Below are positions 31,989-32,000 of a stretch of DNA of 32,000 nucleotides, one piece after another. The stretch's first letter is position 1; each line of letters begins with the position of its first letter. Below the pieces are notes generated by a model. That model worked only from the letters and a program-made list of their open reading frames with translations, had not been told where the DNA came from and ran no database searches. Made by a program: the position numbers and the translations under genes. This DNA comes from Candidatus Saccharimonadota bacterium. GTDB lineage: Bacteria; Patescibacteriota; Gracilibacteria; UBA1369; 2-02-FULL-48-14. The stretch lies in the NCBI GenBank assembly GCA_965230905.1, contig OZ246396.1:990001-1022000 (forward strand), in the 5' to 3' direction.

Positions 31989-32000
31989 ATATTCCTGAGC

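Noticed and set aside
1-32000. Alternative genetic code (UGA recoded, as in some CPR lineages)
   Set aside because: rpoD (TGA at 12981-12983) and the HNH gene end on TGA at the expected protein lengths. Conserved proteins such as PyrG, PriA, DnaG and TrpS are full-length under code 11, with no in-frame TGA needed.

Overview
This is a gene-dense 32-kb bacterial window, roughly 90% coding, with many 1-32 nt gene overlaps. It uses the standard code: TGA, TAA and TAG all terminate conserved genes. I found no Shine-Dalgarno motif upstream of any start codon inspected. The gene content suggests a reduced-genome CPR/Patescibacteria-like (possibly Peregrinibacteria-like) organism, but that is inference only. 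The supporting observations are an archaeal-type TIM, domain-minimised housekeeping enzymes, and many unrecognisable secreted proteins with thrombospondin-type-3-like repeats.

The housekeeping backbone is:
- tpiA (archaeal type), a monofunctional riboflavin kinase, murE, truB and a WecA/TagO-type GT4 transferase
- dnaG-rpoD-greA
- pyrG-(unknown)-lgt
- trpS, priA, tRNA-Arg(UCG) and dedA

The accessory content is more interesting:
1. A minus-strand locus (17939-23978) encodes three consecutive secreted SLH-domain proteins. A fourth is an SLH-anchored HEXXH metalloprotease at 28335-30569. Two of the giant proteins carry an unrecognised Cys-bounded ~140-aa module (3 copies + 1 copy) and Ca-binding-type DxDxDG repeats. 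Together these are a candidate S-layer/envelope system.
2. A stop-free ORF of at least 838 aa (1-2515, minus strand) is missing from the supplied ORF track because it runs off the window edge.
3. A small eRF1-M-domain/baeRF-like protein with a GGH loop is translationally coupled to a membrane protein.
4. An orphan protein has two GspF/PilC-N-terminal-like motifs.
5. A standalone EVE (modified-base reader) gene sits next to a DUF222-like HNH endonuclease gene.

No CRISPR array, transposase, integrase or rRNA was seen.
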